A stretch of 64,000 bases of DNA from Bacteroidota bacterium (GTDB lineage: Bacteria > Bacteroidota > Bacteroidia > Bacteroidales > VadinHA17): NCBI GenBank assembly GCA_011050615.1, contig DRFJ01000050.1, forward strand, positions 64,509 through 128,508, given 5' to 3'. The position numbers and the translations under genes were made by a program. Shown in pieces: positions 1 to 10,463 of the stretch. Numbering within the stretch: position 1 is the stretch's first letter; each line of letters starts with the position of its first letter. Below the pieces are notes generated by a model, which ran no database searches, was not told the origin of the DNA, and worked only from the letters and a program-made list of their open reading frames with translations.

Positions 1-2
1 CG

Positions 3-395
3 ATTTCAAGTATTGATGAGGTAAAAGCCTGTTTCATCAGTGTTGAAGTAATAAGAAAATTATTCAGACAGAACAGAGACTTTGCGGATGGTATTATTAA
101 GGAAATTAGTATTATGTCCAATTTTTATCTCCATAAACTGCTGAGTATGACACAGAAAAAAATGCCTGGCCGTGTGGCTGAGGTTCTTTTGTACCTTGCC
201 GATGAAGTATTTTGTTCAGATGAATTCAAGCCCCTCCTTACCCGGCAGGAGCTGGCTGATATGGCCGGAATGGCCAAGGAGAGCATAGTCAGGATACTGA
301 AGGATTTTTCAAATGAGGGGATAATATGTTCAGATTGTCCTGAAATAAAAATATTGAAGAAAGAAACACTTGAAATGATATCAGAAAACGGATAA
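3..395 (+). CDS. Crp/Fnr-family transcriptional regulator, C-terminal part (5' end outside window)
   Basis: Frame open from position 3; Crp HTH signature LTRQELADMAGMAKESIVRILKDF; stop overlaps the next ATG (TAATG). Confidence 0.88.
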   Translation: MSSIDEVKACFISVEVIRKLFRQNRDFADGIIKEISIMSNFYLHKLLSMTQKKMPGRVAEVLLYLADEVFCSDEFKPLLTRQELADMAGMAKESIVRILKDFSNEGIICSDCPEIKILKKETLEMISENG

Positions 396-3300
396 TGTTA
401 CCTATGAAACTTAATTTTAAAATGCTTTTTTCACCCGTTTTTACGGGTGTTTTATTTGTGGTCTTTATTGTTGCAATGGCAGCAGCTACATTTATAGAGA
501 ATGATTTCGGAGCAGCATCGGCCAGCCAGATGGTTTATAACAGCAGATGGTTTGAGCTGATATTCCTCATGCTAGTCATTAACATGCTTGGGCAGGTCTT
601 TATATATAAGCTCTATAAGAAGAAGAAAATCACCATTCTGATTTTTCACCTTTCATTCATCGTAATTATTGCAGGAGCTGCTATTACAAGATATACAGGC
701 TACGAGGGAAGGGTTCATATACGTGAGGGACAGGCTGTTTCATACGGGCTGACAGGTGATGAATATATGGCAGTTAATGTTTATGACAGCAAGAACAGAT
801 TGCTATTGTCCCATAGAGAGAAAGTGATGGTTACAAATACTTCACTGGGAAGTTTCTACAGGGAAGAAAAAATTAACGAAACCCCTTTTTCGGTCAGATA
901 TTCAAGGTATATACCGAATGCCAGTGAAACTGTGGTTGATACTGAAGGGGGAAGACCAATGGCAGCTTTGCTTGTAACGAATGCGAGGAGATTCCGTAAG
1001 GTGGTATACCTGGCAGAAGGAGACATTAAAATAGTTGATAAGCTGAAGATAGGCTTTGGTACGGATGAAAGTTGTGACCTGAATATAAGCCTGAAGGCTG
1101 ATACTTTCATCGTCAGGTCGAATAAGGAACTCACTGGTATGAGTATGATGACACGGGAAATGATTACCATCCCTGCAGGAGAAGAGGCCCCTTTGAGGGA
1201 AATGCTTATTTACAGCACTCCCAATTACCGCATAGTCCCTCAAAAATTATCGCTGAGCGGAACAGTGGTGCCCGTAAGTCTAAATACGGAAAATTCCCTT
1301 ACCGGTAAGGATGCCTTCGAAATTGAACTCAGATACGGGACTGAGTTCAGAAAAATGTATGTATATGATGTTTACAACGGAGAAATTGATACGGCTGAAA
1401 CAAAAATTGGTTCTGACAGTTTTGTGTTAACATATGGACCGGAGAGGATAGAATTTCCTTTTTCTTTAATGCTGGAGGATTTTAAGCTGGAAAGGTACCC
1501 GGGTTCATCAAGCCCCTCCGGCTATCGCAGTGAAGTAGTTCTTGTCGATAAAGAACACAACGTTAACATGCCCTTTTCAATTTATATGAATAATGTCCTG
1601 AAATACAGGGGTTACAGGTTTTATCAGTCGTCATATGACCCAGATGAAAAAGGAACCATACTGTCTGTTAACCATGATATGATGGGGATGCTTGTTACTT
1701 ACTCGGGCTATGCCCTGCTCTTTGTTTTTATAATTCTTTCATTAATAAACAAAGATTCAGTCTTCCGCAGGGTGAAGCCGTCCCTCTGGAGGAATTCCGG
1801 GTCAAGATTGTTGGGACTTATCATAGCCTTCCTCGCAATCAACATTGGTGCCGGGGCAAATCCCTCCAAAATTATTTATGAAAAGAAGAAAGTGGATGAA
1901 TTTGGCAGGGTACTGGTACAGGATCAGAAAGGGAGAACAAAGCCTCTTTATACCCTGAGCCATGACATCCTCAGAAAGATACACCGCAGTAACACTTATA
2001 AGGGGCTTTCTCCCATGCAGGTCTTTACTGGCTTCAGTACAGACTTCCAGAACTGGAAGGATGAGCCACTGATAAAAGTATCGAATAAGGATCTCAGAAC
2101 AACAATAGGTATAACGGAAGAATATGTTTCAATAAGCCAGCTTGTTGATTTTGAAAAGGGCGAATACATGCTGGCCGGAATGATACAGGAGGCAGTTAAT
2201 AAACCAGCCGGCGAAAGAGATAAGATGGATAAAGAGATAATAAAGGTTGACGAGAGGGTAAACATCGTAATGATGCTGGCAAGGGGTGAATTTTTCAGGC
2301 TTTTCCCGCTGAGGAATGGTACAGATAGCTGGGGTACACCATCGCAGGCTCTGCAGAATGCCCTGGATGAGAATGACAGCCTCTACATCAGCAATATCCT
2401 GTCTCTTTATACAGGTGCTCTGTATGAAGGTAAAACTACAGGTAACTATAATGAGGCCGATGAGTATCTGGAGTCACTGCTGAATTATCAGCGTAAATAC
2501 GCCAGCTATGAATTACCATCGGAAAGCCAGGTCAGAGCGGAAATATTCTATTGCAAGTCCATGATTTTTGAACGCCTCTTTCCATATTATGCAACAACAG
2601 GCATTATAATGCTTGTTATACTCATTACAATGATAATCAGGGGAAAGACCGGCAGGACTTCCCTGGTAAGGGTCTTTTCAGGTCTTATACTTCTGGGTTT
2701 TGTATTCCATACAGCCGGGCTGGGTATACGATGGTATATATCAGGTCATTCACCTATGAGCAACGGGTATGAATCGATGCTTTTCATATCGTGGGTGACT
2801 GCTCTGGCAGGCCTGCTTTTCAGTCGCCGCTCTTCCCTCACCCTTGCTGCCACAGCAGTGCTGGCATCACTTACGCTCATGGTGGCCCATCTCAGTTTCA
2901 TGGACCCGGAAATAACCAACCTGGTGCCCGTATTACAATCATACTGGCTGACACTGCATGTGTCAGTTATAACTGCCAGCTACGGCTTCCTCGGGCTGGG
3001 AGCCATCCTGGGGCTGGTGAATATGATACTTTTTGCCCTTAGCACTCCGGTGAACAGGAAGCACATCCTGAAAACGGTTGATGACCTTACAGTAATTAAT
3101 TACCGCACACTCTCACTTGGACTGTATTTCTTAACAATAGGGACCTTCCTGGGTGCTGTGTGGGCAAATGAATCGTGGGGGAGGTACTGGGGATGGGATC
3201 CCAAGGAAACATGGTCATTGATAACAATGATGGTTTACGCCTTTGTTATCCATTCAAGAAATATAAAAGCACTGAACAGCATTTTTTCCTTTAGTATATT

Positions 3301-3496
3301 GGCGGTATATGCCTTCTCCTCAGTGCTGATGACCTATTTCGGGGTAAATTATTACCTGTCGGGTTTGCATTCCTATGCCGGAGGTGACCCGGTTCCCATA
3401 CCTGCTTTTGTATATATATCCATAGCTGTTTTACTGGCTCTGTCATTTTATTCCTACAGCAGGTATAACAGGATGGTCAAGGCCTTGTCGACCTGA
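395..3496 (+). CDS. ccsA: System II cytochrome c biogenesis protein, fused CcsB(ResB)-CcsA
   Basis: N-terminal ResB-like TM region and periplasmic domain (FYQSSYDPDEKGT); C-terminal WWD motif WANESWGRYWGWDPKETW and GLHSYA. Confidence 0.93.
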   Translation: MLPMKLNFKMLFSPVFTGVLFVVFIVAMAAATFIENDFGAASASQMVYNSRWFELIFLMLVINMLGQVFIYKLYKKKKITILIFHLSFIVIIAGAAITRYTGYEGRVHIREGQAVSYGLTGDEYMAVNVYDSKNRLLLSHREKVMVTNTSLGSFYREEKINETPFSVRYSRYIPNASETVVDTEGGRPMAALLVTNARRFRKVVYLAEGDIKIVDKLKIGFGTDESCDLNISLKADTFIVRSNKELTGMSMMTREMITIPAGEEAPLREMLIYSTPNYRIVPQKLSLSGTVVPVSLNTENSLTGKDAFEIELRYGTEFRKMYVYDVYNGEIDTAETKIGSDSFVLTYGPERIEFPFSLMLEDFKLERYPGSSSPSGYRSEVVLVDKEHNVNMPFSIYMNNVLKYRGYRFYQSSYDPDEKGTILSVNHDMMGMLVTYSGYALLFVFIILSLINKDSVFRRVKPSLWRNSGSRLLGLIIAFLAINIGAGANPSKIIYEKKKVDEFGRVLVQDQKGRTKPLYTLSHDILRKIHRSNTYKGLSPMQVFTGFSTDFQNWKDEPLIKVSNKDLRTTIGITEEYVSISQLVDFEKGEYMLAGMIQEAVNKPAGERDKMDKEIIKVDERVNIVMMLARGEFFRLFPLRNGTDSWGTPSQALQNALDENDSLYISNILSLYTGALYEGKTTGNYNEADEYLESLLNYQRKYASYELPSESQVRAEIFYCKSMIFERLFPYYATTGIIMLVILITMIIRGKTGRTSLVRVFSGLILLGFVFHTAGLGIRWYISGHSPMSNGYESMLFISWVTALAGLLFSRRSSLTLAATAVLASLTLMVAHLSFMDPEITNLVPVLQSYWLTLHVSVITASYGFLGLGAILGLVNMILFALSTPVNRKHILKTVDDLTVINYRTLSLGLYFLTIGTFLGAVWANESWGRYWGWDPKETWSLITMMVYAFVIHSRNIKALNSIFSFSILAVYAFSSVLMTYFGVNYYLSGLHSYAGGDPVPIPAFVYISIAVLLALSFYSYSRYNRMVKALST

Positions 3497-3520
3497 TTGT
3501 ATCCCACATGATAAGGTTAA

Positions 3521-3799
3521 GGCTCCACCATAGCCGGATATGCCGATCCGGAGGGGATAATAATTGATAATGAGTACTGGATCTTCCCTGCCAGGTCTGA
3601 CCAGTACAGTGATTCTGTTACAGTGACCCATTTTACGGGACAACAACTTAATGTCAGGACTAATGCTATTAATAAGCAATACGGAGGAATAGGTGTTGCA
3701 GTTGCGGATAATCCCGGCGGCCTTTTCAGAGATGACCTGGGGAAGCCGGCTGCCTGCGGCAGCCAACGGTTTTTTGTTTCATATGGCTTATGCCGGTAA
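3521..3799 (+). pseudogene. Glycoside hydrolase family 43 remnant (no start codon, internal deletion, truncated)
   Basis: Frame 2 reads GYADPEGIIIDNEYWIFP...NAINKQY|GGIGVAVADNPGGLFRDDLGKP, two recognisable GH43 blade motifs. TAA at 3518-3520 upstream and no ATG. Confidence 0.72.
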
Positions 3800-3816
3800 A
3801 CTGTCAACGCCATATG

Positions 3817-3852
3817 AAACAAAAAGCCGGCACAATCAAACTGTGCCGGCTT
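3817..3852 (-). terminator. Intrinsic terminator of tRNA-His
   Basis: 11-bp stem AAGCCGGCACA/TGTGCCGGCTT (3824-3834 and 3842-3852) followed by a U-rich tract on the minus strand. Confidence 0.8.
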
Positions 3853-3862
3853 CAAGGGTTTG

Positions 3863-3937
3863 GGTGAAAGATGGGATTCGAACCCACGACCCCTGGAACC
3901 ACAATCCAGTGCTCTAACCAACTGAGCTACATTCACC
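3863..3937 (-). tRNA. tRNA-His (GTG)
   Basis: Minus strand GGTGAATGTAGCTCAGTTGGTTAGAGCACTGGATTGTGGTTCCAGGGGTCGTGGGTTCGAATCCCATCTTTCACC: D loop, GTG anticodon (3900-3902), TTCGA T loop, G-1:C73. Confidence 0.97.
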
Positions 3938-3992
3938 ATGTACGGAATGCAAAGAAAATGCAAAAAAATTATATTACAAAATTTTAGGGCTT

Positions 3993-4025
3993 TTTGCAGT
4001 ACTCATTGTTCAATTATTATCTTTG
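3993..4025 (+). promoter_or_regulatory. Bacteroidota primary-sigma promoter (-33 TTTG / -7 TAnnTTTG)
   Basis: TTTG (3993-3996), 21 nt spacer, TATCTTTG (4018-4025), upstream of the flippase-like gene. Confidence 0.6.
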
Positions 4026-4116
4026 CACGGTTCCCCATAAAATGAACCAGGGATGAGTTTTCTTAATCAGCCTTTGATACTGCCCTTCTTTCACTAAAAT
4101 AAAGCAAGAGAATATT

Positions 4117-5463
4117 TTGGCAAAACCAAAATTCATAAACAATATTTCCGGCCTGCAACTGTTTCAGTTACTTCGTTTTGTAGTATTTTTTATAATCAGC
4201 ATCGTCTTTACAAAAAGTCATCTCACTCCTGCAGAGATAGGTTCATGGGAAATGTTCATGTTTATTGCCAGTTTCATGAGTTTTTTCTGGGTAACAGGAA
4301 TAATACAATCCTTACTGTCATTATATAACAGGAACCGCTCGTTCAGAAGACTGGGTGAAAATATAAGCGAGAAATCTCCCGAGATTTTTAATGCCTTCCT
4401 CTTGCTTCTGGCTTTCAGCCTTATGTTTTTTTTAACAGGCCATGCCCTGAAATACAACTTCTCGGTTTACGGGAATACCGGGAGTACTCCCTACCTGAAC
4501 CTGCTGCTGCTATATTTATTCCTGAGCAGCCCTGTTTGCCTTATAGAATATATTTACCTTCTGATGAATCGTCCACACCGGATATTCCAGTATGGCATTT
4601 ATACATTTTTGGCACAACTGTTATTCATTATTGTGCCCATACTGGCGGGTAAGGATATAATATGGGCCATATACGGATTACTACTGATAAGCCTGGTGAG
4701 ATGGGTATGGCTCATAATGCTTCTTTTCAGGTATTCAGAGTTCAGGATATCCCTCGATTTCATGAAGGAGCATCTTAAACTGGGCTGGCCATTGATAATT
4801 ACCTCGCTTATAAGCGGGTCAGCTCAATACATTGACGGTATCATTGTATCAGCTCATTTTGATGACCCGGGTATGTTTGCTATTTTCAGGTATGGGGCCA
4901 AGGAATTTCCCGTGGTGATGATGCTGGCCACAGGCCTCAGCAATGCAATGCTGCCCCAGTTCGGTACAAGGGCAAAGATCAGGGAATCGCTTGAGGTCAT
5001 TAAAAAGAAATCACGCAACCTGATGCACTACCTTTTCCCCATGGCAATGCTGGTATTGCTGTTTGCACGATGGTTGTACCCCCGGATGTTCACTCCTGAT
5101 TTTATGCGGAGTGCCGATATATTTATGATTTATATAATGCTTGTCATACCGAGGTTATTATTCCCCCAGACAATTATTATCGGGAGAAAAAGGACAGGTG
5201 TGGCAATGAGTGCAGCCATTTTTGAGCTTGCCCTGAATATCCCCCTCAGTTTATGGCTTGTAAAAGATTACGGGGCTGTTGGTGTTGCTCTTGCAACTTT
5301 TGCTGTGTATTTTATGAGTAAATTATACATGGCGGGCTACCTATGGGTAAAAATGAAGATAAAACCCGGTGAATATATACCACTTATGACATTCTTTATC
5401 TATTCCGTATTATTAACAATTTTGTTCGTTCTTATTGACCACAGGATAATAGATATCAATTAA
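4117..5463 (+). CDS. MOP-superfamily (Wzx/MATE-like) polysaccharide flippase-type membrane protein
   Basis: About 12-14 hydrophobic segments; FAIFRYGAKEFP and LNIPLS...GAVGVALAT C-terminal pattern; TTG start. Confidence 0.72.
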   Translation: MAKPKFINNISGLQLFQLLRFVVFFIISIVFTKSHLTPAEIGSWEMFMFIASFMSFFWVTGIIQSLLSLYNRNRSFRRLGENISEKSPEIFNAFLLLLAFSLMFFLTGHALKYNFSVYGNTGSTPYLNLLLLYLFLSSPVCLIEYIYLLMNRPHRIFQYGIYTFLAQLLFIIVPILAGKDIIWAIYGLLLISLVRWVWLIMLLFRYSEFRISLDFMKEHLKLGWPLIITSLISGSAQYIDGIIVSAHFDDPGMFAIFRYGAKEFPVVMMLATGLSNAMLPQFGTRAKIRESLEVIKKKSRNLMHYLFPMAMLVLLFARWLYPRMFTPDFMRSADIFMIYIMLVIPRLLFPQTIIIGRKRTGVAMSAAIFELALNIPLSLWLVKDYGAVGVALATFAVYFMSKLYMAGYLWVKMKIKPGEYIPLMTFFIYSVLLTILFVLIDHRIIDIN

Positions 5464-5797
5464 CACATCACATAAACAATAAATATTTGGTTTTTTAAAA
5501 ACAATATTTTATATTGTTATATCTTGTTTCTTGATTTATTGTCAGGTCCTTCTACCCGCCTTACCATTCAGGGTAGGTCCTCACGCAGACGCACAATATG
5601 TGTTAAATATGGAGTGCAATATGTATTGGTTTACATCTGAAATATGAAAACCGGTAAATTAATGCATTTGCATGTTTTTTATGAAAGTTTAACCTTACCT
5701 ATTAATTCAGGGGCAGTTTATTTTCAAGACAAATAGTCATTACAGGTTTTCTCCTGTTATAAGAATATACCCTAATTCTAACTTAAACTAATTTCTT

Positions 5798-8700
5798 ATG
5801 AGAAAAGCTTTACTTACTTTGATTCTTGTGATTGCGCCTGTGTTTATTTTCCAGGCCTTTGCACAGGATAGAACAATTACCGGCGTGGTGACTTCATCTG
5901 ATGATGGCTTGCCCCTGCCGGGAGTATCTGTAGTTGTCAGGGGAACAACAATTGGTGCCACTACTGACATAGATGGCCGATATTCCCTTTCCGTTCCGGA
6001 GAATGCAAGAACCCTTGTATTCACTTTTGTGGGGATGATTCCCCGGGAGGAGTTAATTGAAGGCAGGAGCAGTATTGATGTAAGCCTGGAGCCTGACGTT
6101 CTTGGTATAGAGGAAATCATTGTTACCTCTTTCGGGACCTCCAAAAAGGGAGCTTTTACCGGTTCAGCGGTACAGGTTAATGCCAGCAAGATTGAGAACA
6201 GGCCAATCTCCAATCTTACCTCGGCCATTGAAGGTGCCAGTCCCGGCATCCAGGTAACTGCAGGAAGAGGTCAGCCCGGAAGCTCTCAGTCCATTCGCGT
6301 CAGGGGCTTTGGCTCATATGGTGCATCTAATTCACCCCTGTATGTTGTTGACGGTGCTCCATATTCAGGTGATATCAGTGCCATTAACCCAAATGACATT
6401 GAAAGTGTCACTGTACTGAAAGACGCTGCATCAACGGCATTATATGGTAATAAGGCAGCCAATGGAGTGATACTTATCACAACAAAGCGTGGTAAAATAG
6501 GGGAAGGGCAGCTTTCAGTAAATGCATCCTACGGAGTGCTGAGCAGGGCCCAGCCTGAGTATGATATGATTGACGCTTTTGATTATTATCCCATTATGTG
6601 GGAGGCTTACCGTAATGGCATTGCAATACCAGGTGTTGATGATCCAGCAGATGTGACTGCTGCTAACCAGGAAGCCACGGATATGATCTTCGATGAACTC
6701 GGAGGATATAATCCATTCAATGTTCCTGATGACCAGATTGTGGATATTAATGGAAACATTAATCCGAATGCCAGATATAAAGGTGATTATGAGGAGGCGG
6801 TGGACTGGCTGGGAGCACTTACACAGAATGGCCAGAGGCAGAATATCGATATGAATTACCAGGGAGCTACTGAAAAGACTGATTACTACATCTCTCTGGG
6901 ATATCTTTTTGAGGAGGGCTTTATCATTGAGTCGGACCTTCGCAGGATTTCAGGACGTGCCAATGTTAATTTCCAGGCTGCAGACTGGTTAAAAACAGGT
7001 TTTAAAGTCAACGTTTCCAACAGGGACCTGAATTATGCCCAGACCGGGAGCAGTAGTACCTTTGTAAACCCCATCCGCTTTACAAGGGGAATAGGTTCAA
7101 TATATCCTGTATGGCTGCTTGACCGGGAGACTGGCAAGTATATCCTGGATGATAATGGAGAAAGGCAGTTTGACATATATGATACCCGCGCCGGCGGCGC
7201 CAGTTCGGGACGGCATGTTATTGCTGAAATACGATGGGACCAGGATACTGATGTAATATCTTCACTTGGTGGCAAAACATATCTTGAACTTTCCTTTACC
7301 CAGGATCTGAAATTTACTGTTAATGCCAGTCTCGACCAGCGTTTCAGTTACAACACCTTCTACAACAACCCACTGGTTGGTGATGGTGCACCGGGTGGGC
7401 GTGCCTATAAAACATACAGGCGGACCAATTCATACAACTTTAACCAGTTGCTCACTTATAAAAAAGTTTTTGGTGTCCATGGCTTGGACATTACCATGGG
7501 TCATGAGAATTATTCATACAAATATAACTATCTGAGTGGAGCAAGAACCCAGCAGATTGCTGATGACAATACGGAACTCATCAACTTTGTAACAATAACA
7601 AGGAGCACATCCTATGAAGATAATTATGCTACCGAAGGTTATTTAGGCCGCGTGAACTACGATTATGACCAGAAGTATTACCTCTCAGCATCATACAGGA
7701 GAGATGGTTCTTCAAGGTTTCATAAGAGCAACCGCTGGGGTGATTTCTGGTCAGTAGGTCTTGCATGGAGAATGGATCAGGAAGCATTCATACAGAATAT
7801 AGATTTTATTGATCTTATTAAGCTCAGGGCATCTTATGGTGAACTGGGTAATGATGCCGGAATAGGTTATTATGCCAGCCAGGGACTTTATTCCCTCGGT
7901 TATAACAACCAGGCAGAGCCGGGCATCCTCCAGGATAAACTGCCTGCTGAAGAACTCGTATGGGAGTCAAATAACAGTGTGGACCTGGCTATTGAGTTTG
8001 GTTTATGGAACCGCCTGTCCGGAACCCTGGAATTTTATCACCGTATCTCGGAAAATCTTCTTTTCAATGTGCCTTTACCACTGTCTAGTGGCGTAGCATC
8101 CAAAGCTGAGAATATTGGTGCCCTGTTTAACCAGGGGATCGAGTTCCAGGTTAATTATGACATCATTAAATCCCGGGATCTGCAATGGACTCTTGGTTTC
8201 AATCTGACCACCCTGAAGAATGAGTTTACAAAACTACCACAGGAAGAGATCATAGATGGTTCAAAGAAACTGATGGAGGGCCATGGAATTTATGATTTCT
8301 GGCTACGAGAATGGTGGGGAGTTGATGAGGACGATGGAGCAGCCCTTTACAGGGCTGAGGATGTTGAAGCTTCCTCGGTGAGAATAAAAGGAGCCGATAC
8401 ACTGACCACTGATATTAATAATGCCAAATACAAGTATTCCGGAAGTGCCATACCCGATTTCTTTGGGTCATTCTCCAGCAATGTACGTTATAAAGGAATA
8501 CAGCTGAGTTTCATGTTCACCTACCAGGTGGGCGGACTGGTGCTTGATTATAACTTCCGGTCGGCTATGAGCTCGGGAACCTATGGCACGGGATACAGCA
8601 CTTATATCCTTAATCGCTGGCAGAAGCCGGGCGACAAGACTGATGTGCCCAGGATGGATGATTCACAGACGAGCAATTTCAATGCCACATCCACACGATG

Positions 8701-8935
8701 GCTGACTGATGCCTCCTTCCTTAACCTCAGAAACGTGGTACTGTCTTATGATATCCCCAGAAGTTTTGTTGGCAGGATAGGGGTGAGCAGCGCAAGTGTT
8801 TATTTCAGCGGGGAAAACCTTTTCCTGATAAATGCGCGAAAAGGAATGAATGTGCAGCAGAACTTTGCCGGTACTACCTCCAACGTATTTACGCCAAACA
8901 GGGTAGTGTCTATGGGCTTAAATGTTAAATTTTAA
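5798..8935 (+). CDS. susC: SusC/RagA TonB-linked outer membrane transporter
   Basis: Signal peptide, CarboxypepD-like N-domain (GLPLPGVSVVVRGT), plug motif VLKDAASTALYGNKAANGVILITTK, SYRRDGSSRF, C-terminal Phe. Confidence 0.96.
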   Translation: MRKALLTLILVIAPVFIFQAFAQDRTITGVVTSSDDGLPLPGVSVVVRGTTIGATTDIDGRYSLSVPENARTLVFTFVGMIPREELIEGRSSIDVSLEPDVLGIEEIIVTSFGTSKKGAFTGSAVQVNASKIENRPISNLTSAIEGASPGIQVTAGRGQPGSSQSIRVRGFGSYGASNSPLYVVDGAPYSGDISAINPNDIESVTVLKDAASTALYGNKAANGVILITTKRGKIGEGQLSVNASYGVLSRAQPEYDMIDAFDYYPIMWEAYRNGIAIPGVDDPADVTAANQEATDMIFDELGGYNPFNVPDDQIVDINGNINPNARYKGDYEEAVDWLGALTQNGQRQNIDMNYQGATEKTDYYISLGYLFEEGFIIESDLRRISGRANVNFQAADWLKTGFKVNVSNRDLNYAQTGSSSTFVNPIRFTRGIGSIYPVWLLDRETGKYILDDNGERQFDIYDTRAGGASSGRHVIAEIRWDQDTDVISSLGGKTYLELSFTQDLKFTVNASLDQRFSYNTFYNNPLVGDGAPGGRAYKTYRRTNSYNFNQLLTYKKVFGVHGLDITMGHENYSYKYNYLSGARTQQIADDNTELINFVTITRSTSYEDNYATEGYLGRVNYDYDQKYYLSASYRRDGSSRFHKSNRWGDFWSVGLAWRMDQEAFIQNIDFIDLIKLRASYGELGNDAGIGYYASQGLYSLGYNNQAEPGILQDKLPAEELVWESNNSVDLAIEFGLWNRLSGTLEFYHRISENLLFNVPLPLSSGVASKAENIGALFNQGIEFQVNYDIIKSRDLQWTLGFNLTTLKNEFTKLPQEEIIDGSKKLMEGHGIYDFWLREWWGVDEDDGAALYRAEDVEASSVRIKGADTLTTDINNAKYKYSGSAIPDFFGSFSSNVRYKGIQLSFMFTYQVGGLVLDYNFRSAMSSGTYGTGYSTYILNRWQKPGDKTDVPRMDDSQTSNFNATSTRWLTDASFLNLRNVVLSYDIPRSFVGRIGVSSASVYFSGENLFLINARKGMNVQQNFAGTTSNVFTPNRVVSMGLNVKF

Positions 8936-8946
8936 TACTGACAGCT

Positions 8947-10437
8947 ATGAAAAATATTGTATATAGTTTAGTTTTTATTTTTGGAGCGTTCTTAATTTTC
9001 TCAGCCTGTTCAGAGGATTATCTTGAGATATTGCCAACAGACGGTGTTTCTGATGCAGGGGTGACTTCTTCTACAGGGACCGCCATGGCTTCACTAAATG
9101 GAATTCACCGGGCAATGTATGATCGTTACGGAAGCCAGGGGCGTGTTGGCATAAGCTCATGGTATTATCATATTGATGAACAGGGTGAGGACATGGTTTT
9201 CAACTATCCCACCTGGACCACTCACCTGCGCTGGCTGCACAGAAGTGCGACAAGTTCTTATAACAGATCTCCCTGGGGGATGTTCTATGCATGGATCGTA
9301 AATGCCAATATTCTTATCAACGGAATAGATGAAAACACGACAGGAAGCCAGGAGGATAAGGATTATATTGTCGGGCAGGCATTGGTTTACAGGGCATTCC
9401 TGCACTATCAACTGGTGCAGCAGTGGGCCGACCGCTATGTGCCCGGCGGAGACAATACACATCCTGGTGTACCCTATATGAAAATAGCAACCTCAGAGGG
9501 TCAGCCAAGAAATACTGTGGAAGAGGTCTATACTTATATCAATCAGGATCTTGATGATGCCATCATTCTGCTGGAAGGTAAATCCCGTAAAAATAAGTCA
9601 CACATAAATGTTGATGTGGCACGTGGGATTAAGGCAAGGGTGGCCCTTACAATGGGTGATTACCCCACTGCGGTTAATTATGCCCAGTTGGCAAGGACCG
9701 ATTATGAATTAATGGACTCTGCAACATACTCACTTGGCTTCAGAATGGGATCTGAATCCAGTGGTGAATATATGTGGGCCAGCCAGATACAGGAAGACCA
9801 GACAGATAAGTGGGGGAATTTCGGGGCATATATGTCCAGAAACTTCAGTTCTACCAGTATTAGAAGGAACCCCCGGTCTATTTTTTCTGTGCTCTATGAT
9901 CAGATAGCTGATACGGATGTGCGTAAAACCTTATGGGATCCTACTGGCGAGCATCTGGACTTACAGGCCAGAGGTATTGAGATAGTTGCAAATGCCGCAA
10001 GATATCCTTACACCAACCAGAAGTTTATTGCAGTCAGCACCTCCGACAGTCGTGTTGATGTTCCACATATGCGCGTCTCCGAAATGTACCTGATAGAAGC
10101 AGAGGCTGAAGCAAGGCAGGGTCACGATGACCTGGCGGCGGCAGCATTGTATCCGATGGCAGTTGCCCGTGATCCTTCATATACCCTTTCAACAAATACA
10201 GGCCAGGATCTTATTGATGAGATAATGATACAGCGCCGTGTTGAGCTTTGGGGCGAAGGTCAGCGTTTCTTTGATCTTAAACGTCTCAACCTGCCTCTGG
10301 ACCGTACAGGTGGTAACCATTCATCATCCATTAACGGAACCCTTATGCAGGTACCGGCAGGTGATACCCGCTGGACATCACTCATTCCGCAGGCTGAGAT
10401 GGATGCCAATCCGCTCATGACGCAAAATCCTCTGTAG
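8947..10437 (+). CDS. susD: SusD/RagB nutrient-binding lipoprotein
   Basis: Lipobox FSAC; RVSEMYLIEAEA and RRVELWGEGQRFFDLKR motifs; directly follows susC. Confidence 0.96.
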   Translation: MKNIVYSLVFIFGAFLIFSACSEDYLEILPTDGVSDAGVTSSTGTAMASLNGIHRAMYDRYGSQGRVGISSWYYHIDEQGEDMVFNYPTWTTHLRWLHRSATSSYNRSPWGMFYAWIVNANILINGIDENTTGSQEDKDYIVGQALVYRAFLHYQLVQQWADRYVPGGDNTHPGVPYMKIATSEGQPRNTVEEVYTYINQDLDDAIILLEGKSRKNKSHINVDVARGIKARVALTMGDYPTAVNYAQLARTDYELMDSATYSLGFRMGSESSGEYMWASQIQEDQTDKWGNFGAYMSRNFSSTSIRRNPRSIFSVLYDQIADTDVRKTLWDPTGEHLDLQARGIEIVANAARYPYTNQKFIAVSTSDSRVDVPHMRVSEMYLIEAEAEARQGHDDLAAAALYPMAVARDPSYTLSTNTGQDLIDEIMIQRRVELWGEGQRFFDLKRLNLPLDRTGGNHSSSINGTLMQVPAGDTRWTSLIPQAEMDANPLMTQNPL

Positions 10438-10463
10438 AAACCAGATCATTTGATAATTACATG

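Noticed and set aside
3775-3821. parS-like half-sites TGTTTCA and TGAAACA
   Set aside because: parS needs a contiguous 16-bp palindrome; these halves are more than 30 nt apart and are arms of a longer inverted repeat.
3517-3963. 148-aa minus-strand ORF (and overlapping 107-aa and 74-aa ORFs)
   Set aside because: The 148-aa and 74-aa ORFs run through tRNA-His and its terminator; the region is better explained by the tRNA and the GH43 relic.
5464-5797. Possible riboswitch before susC (CTACCC...GGGTAG hairpin)
   Set aside because: No recognisable aptamer consensus; one short stem is insufficient.
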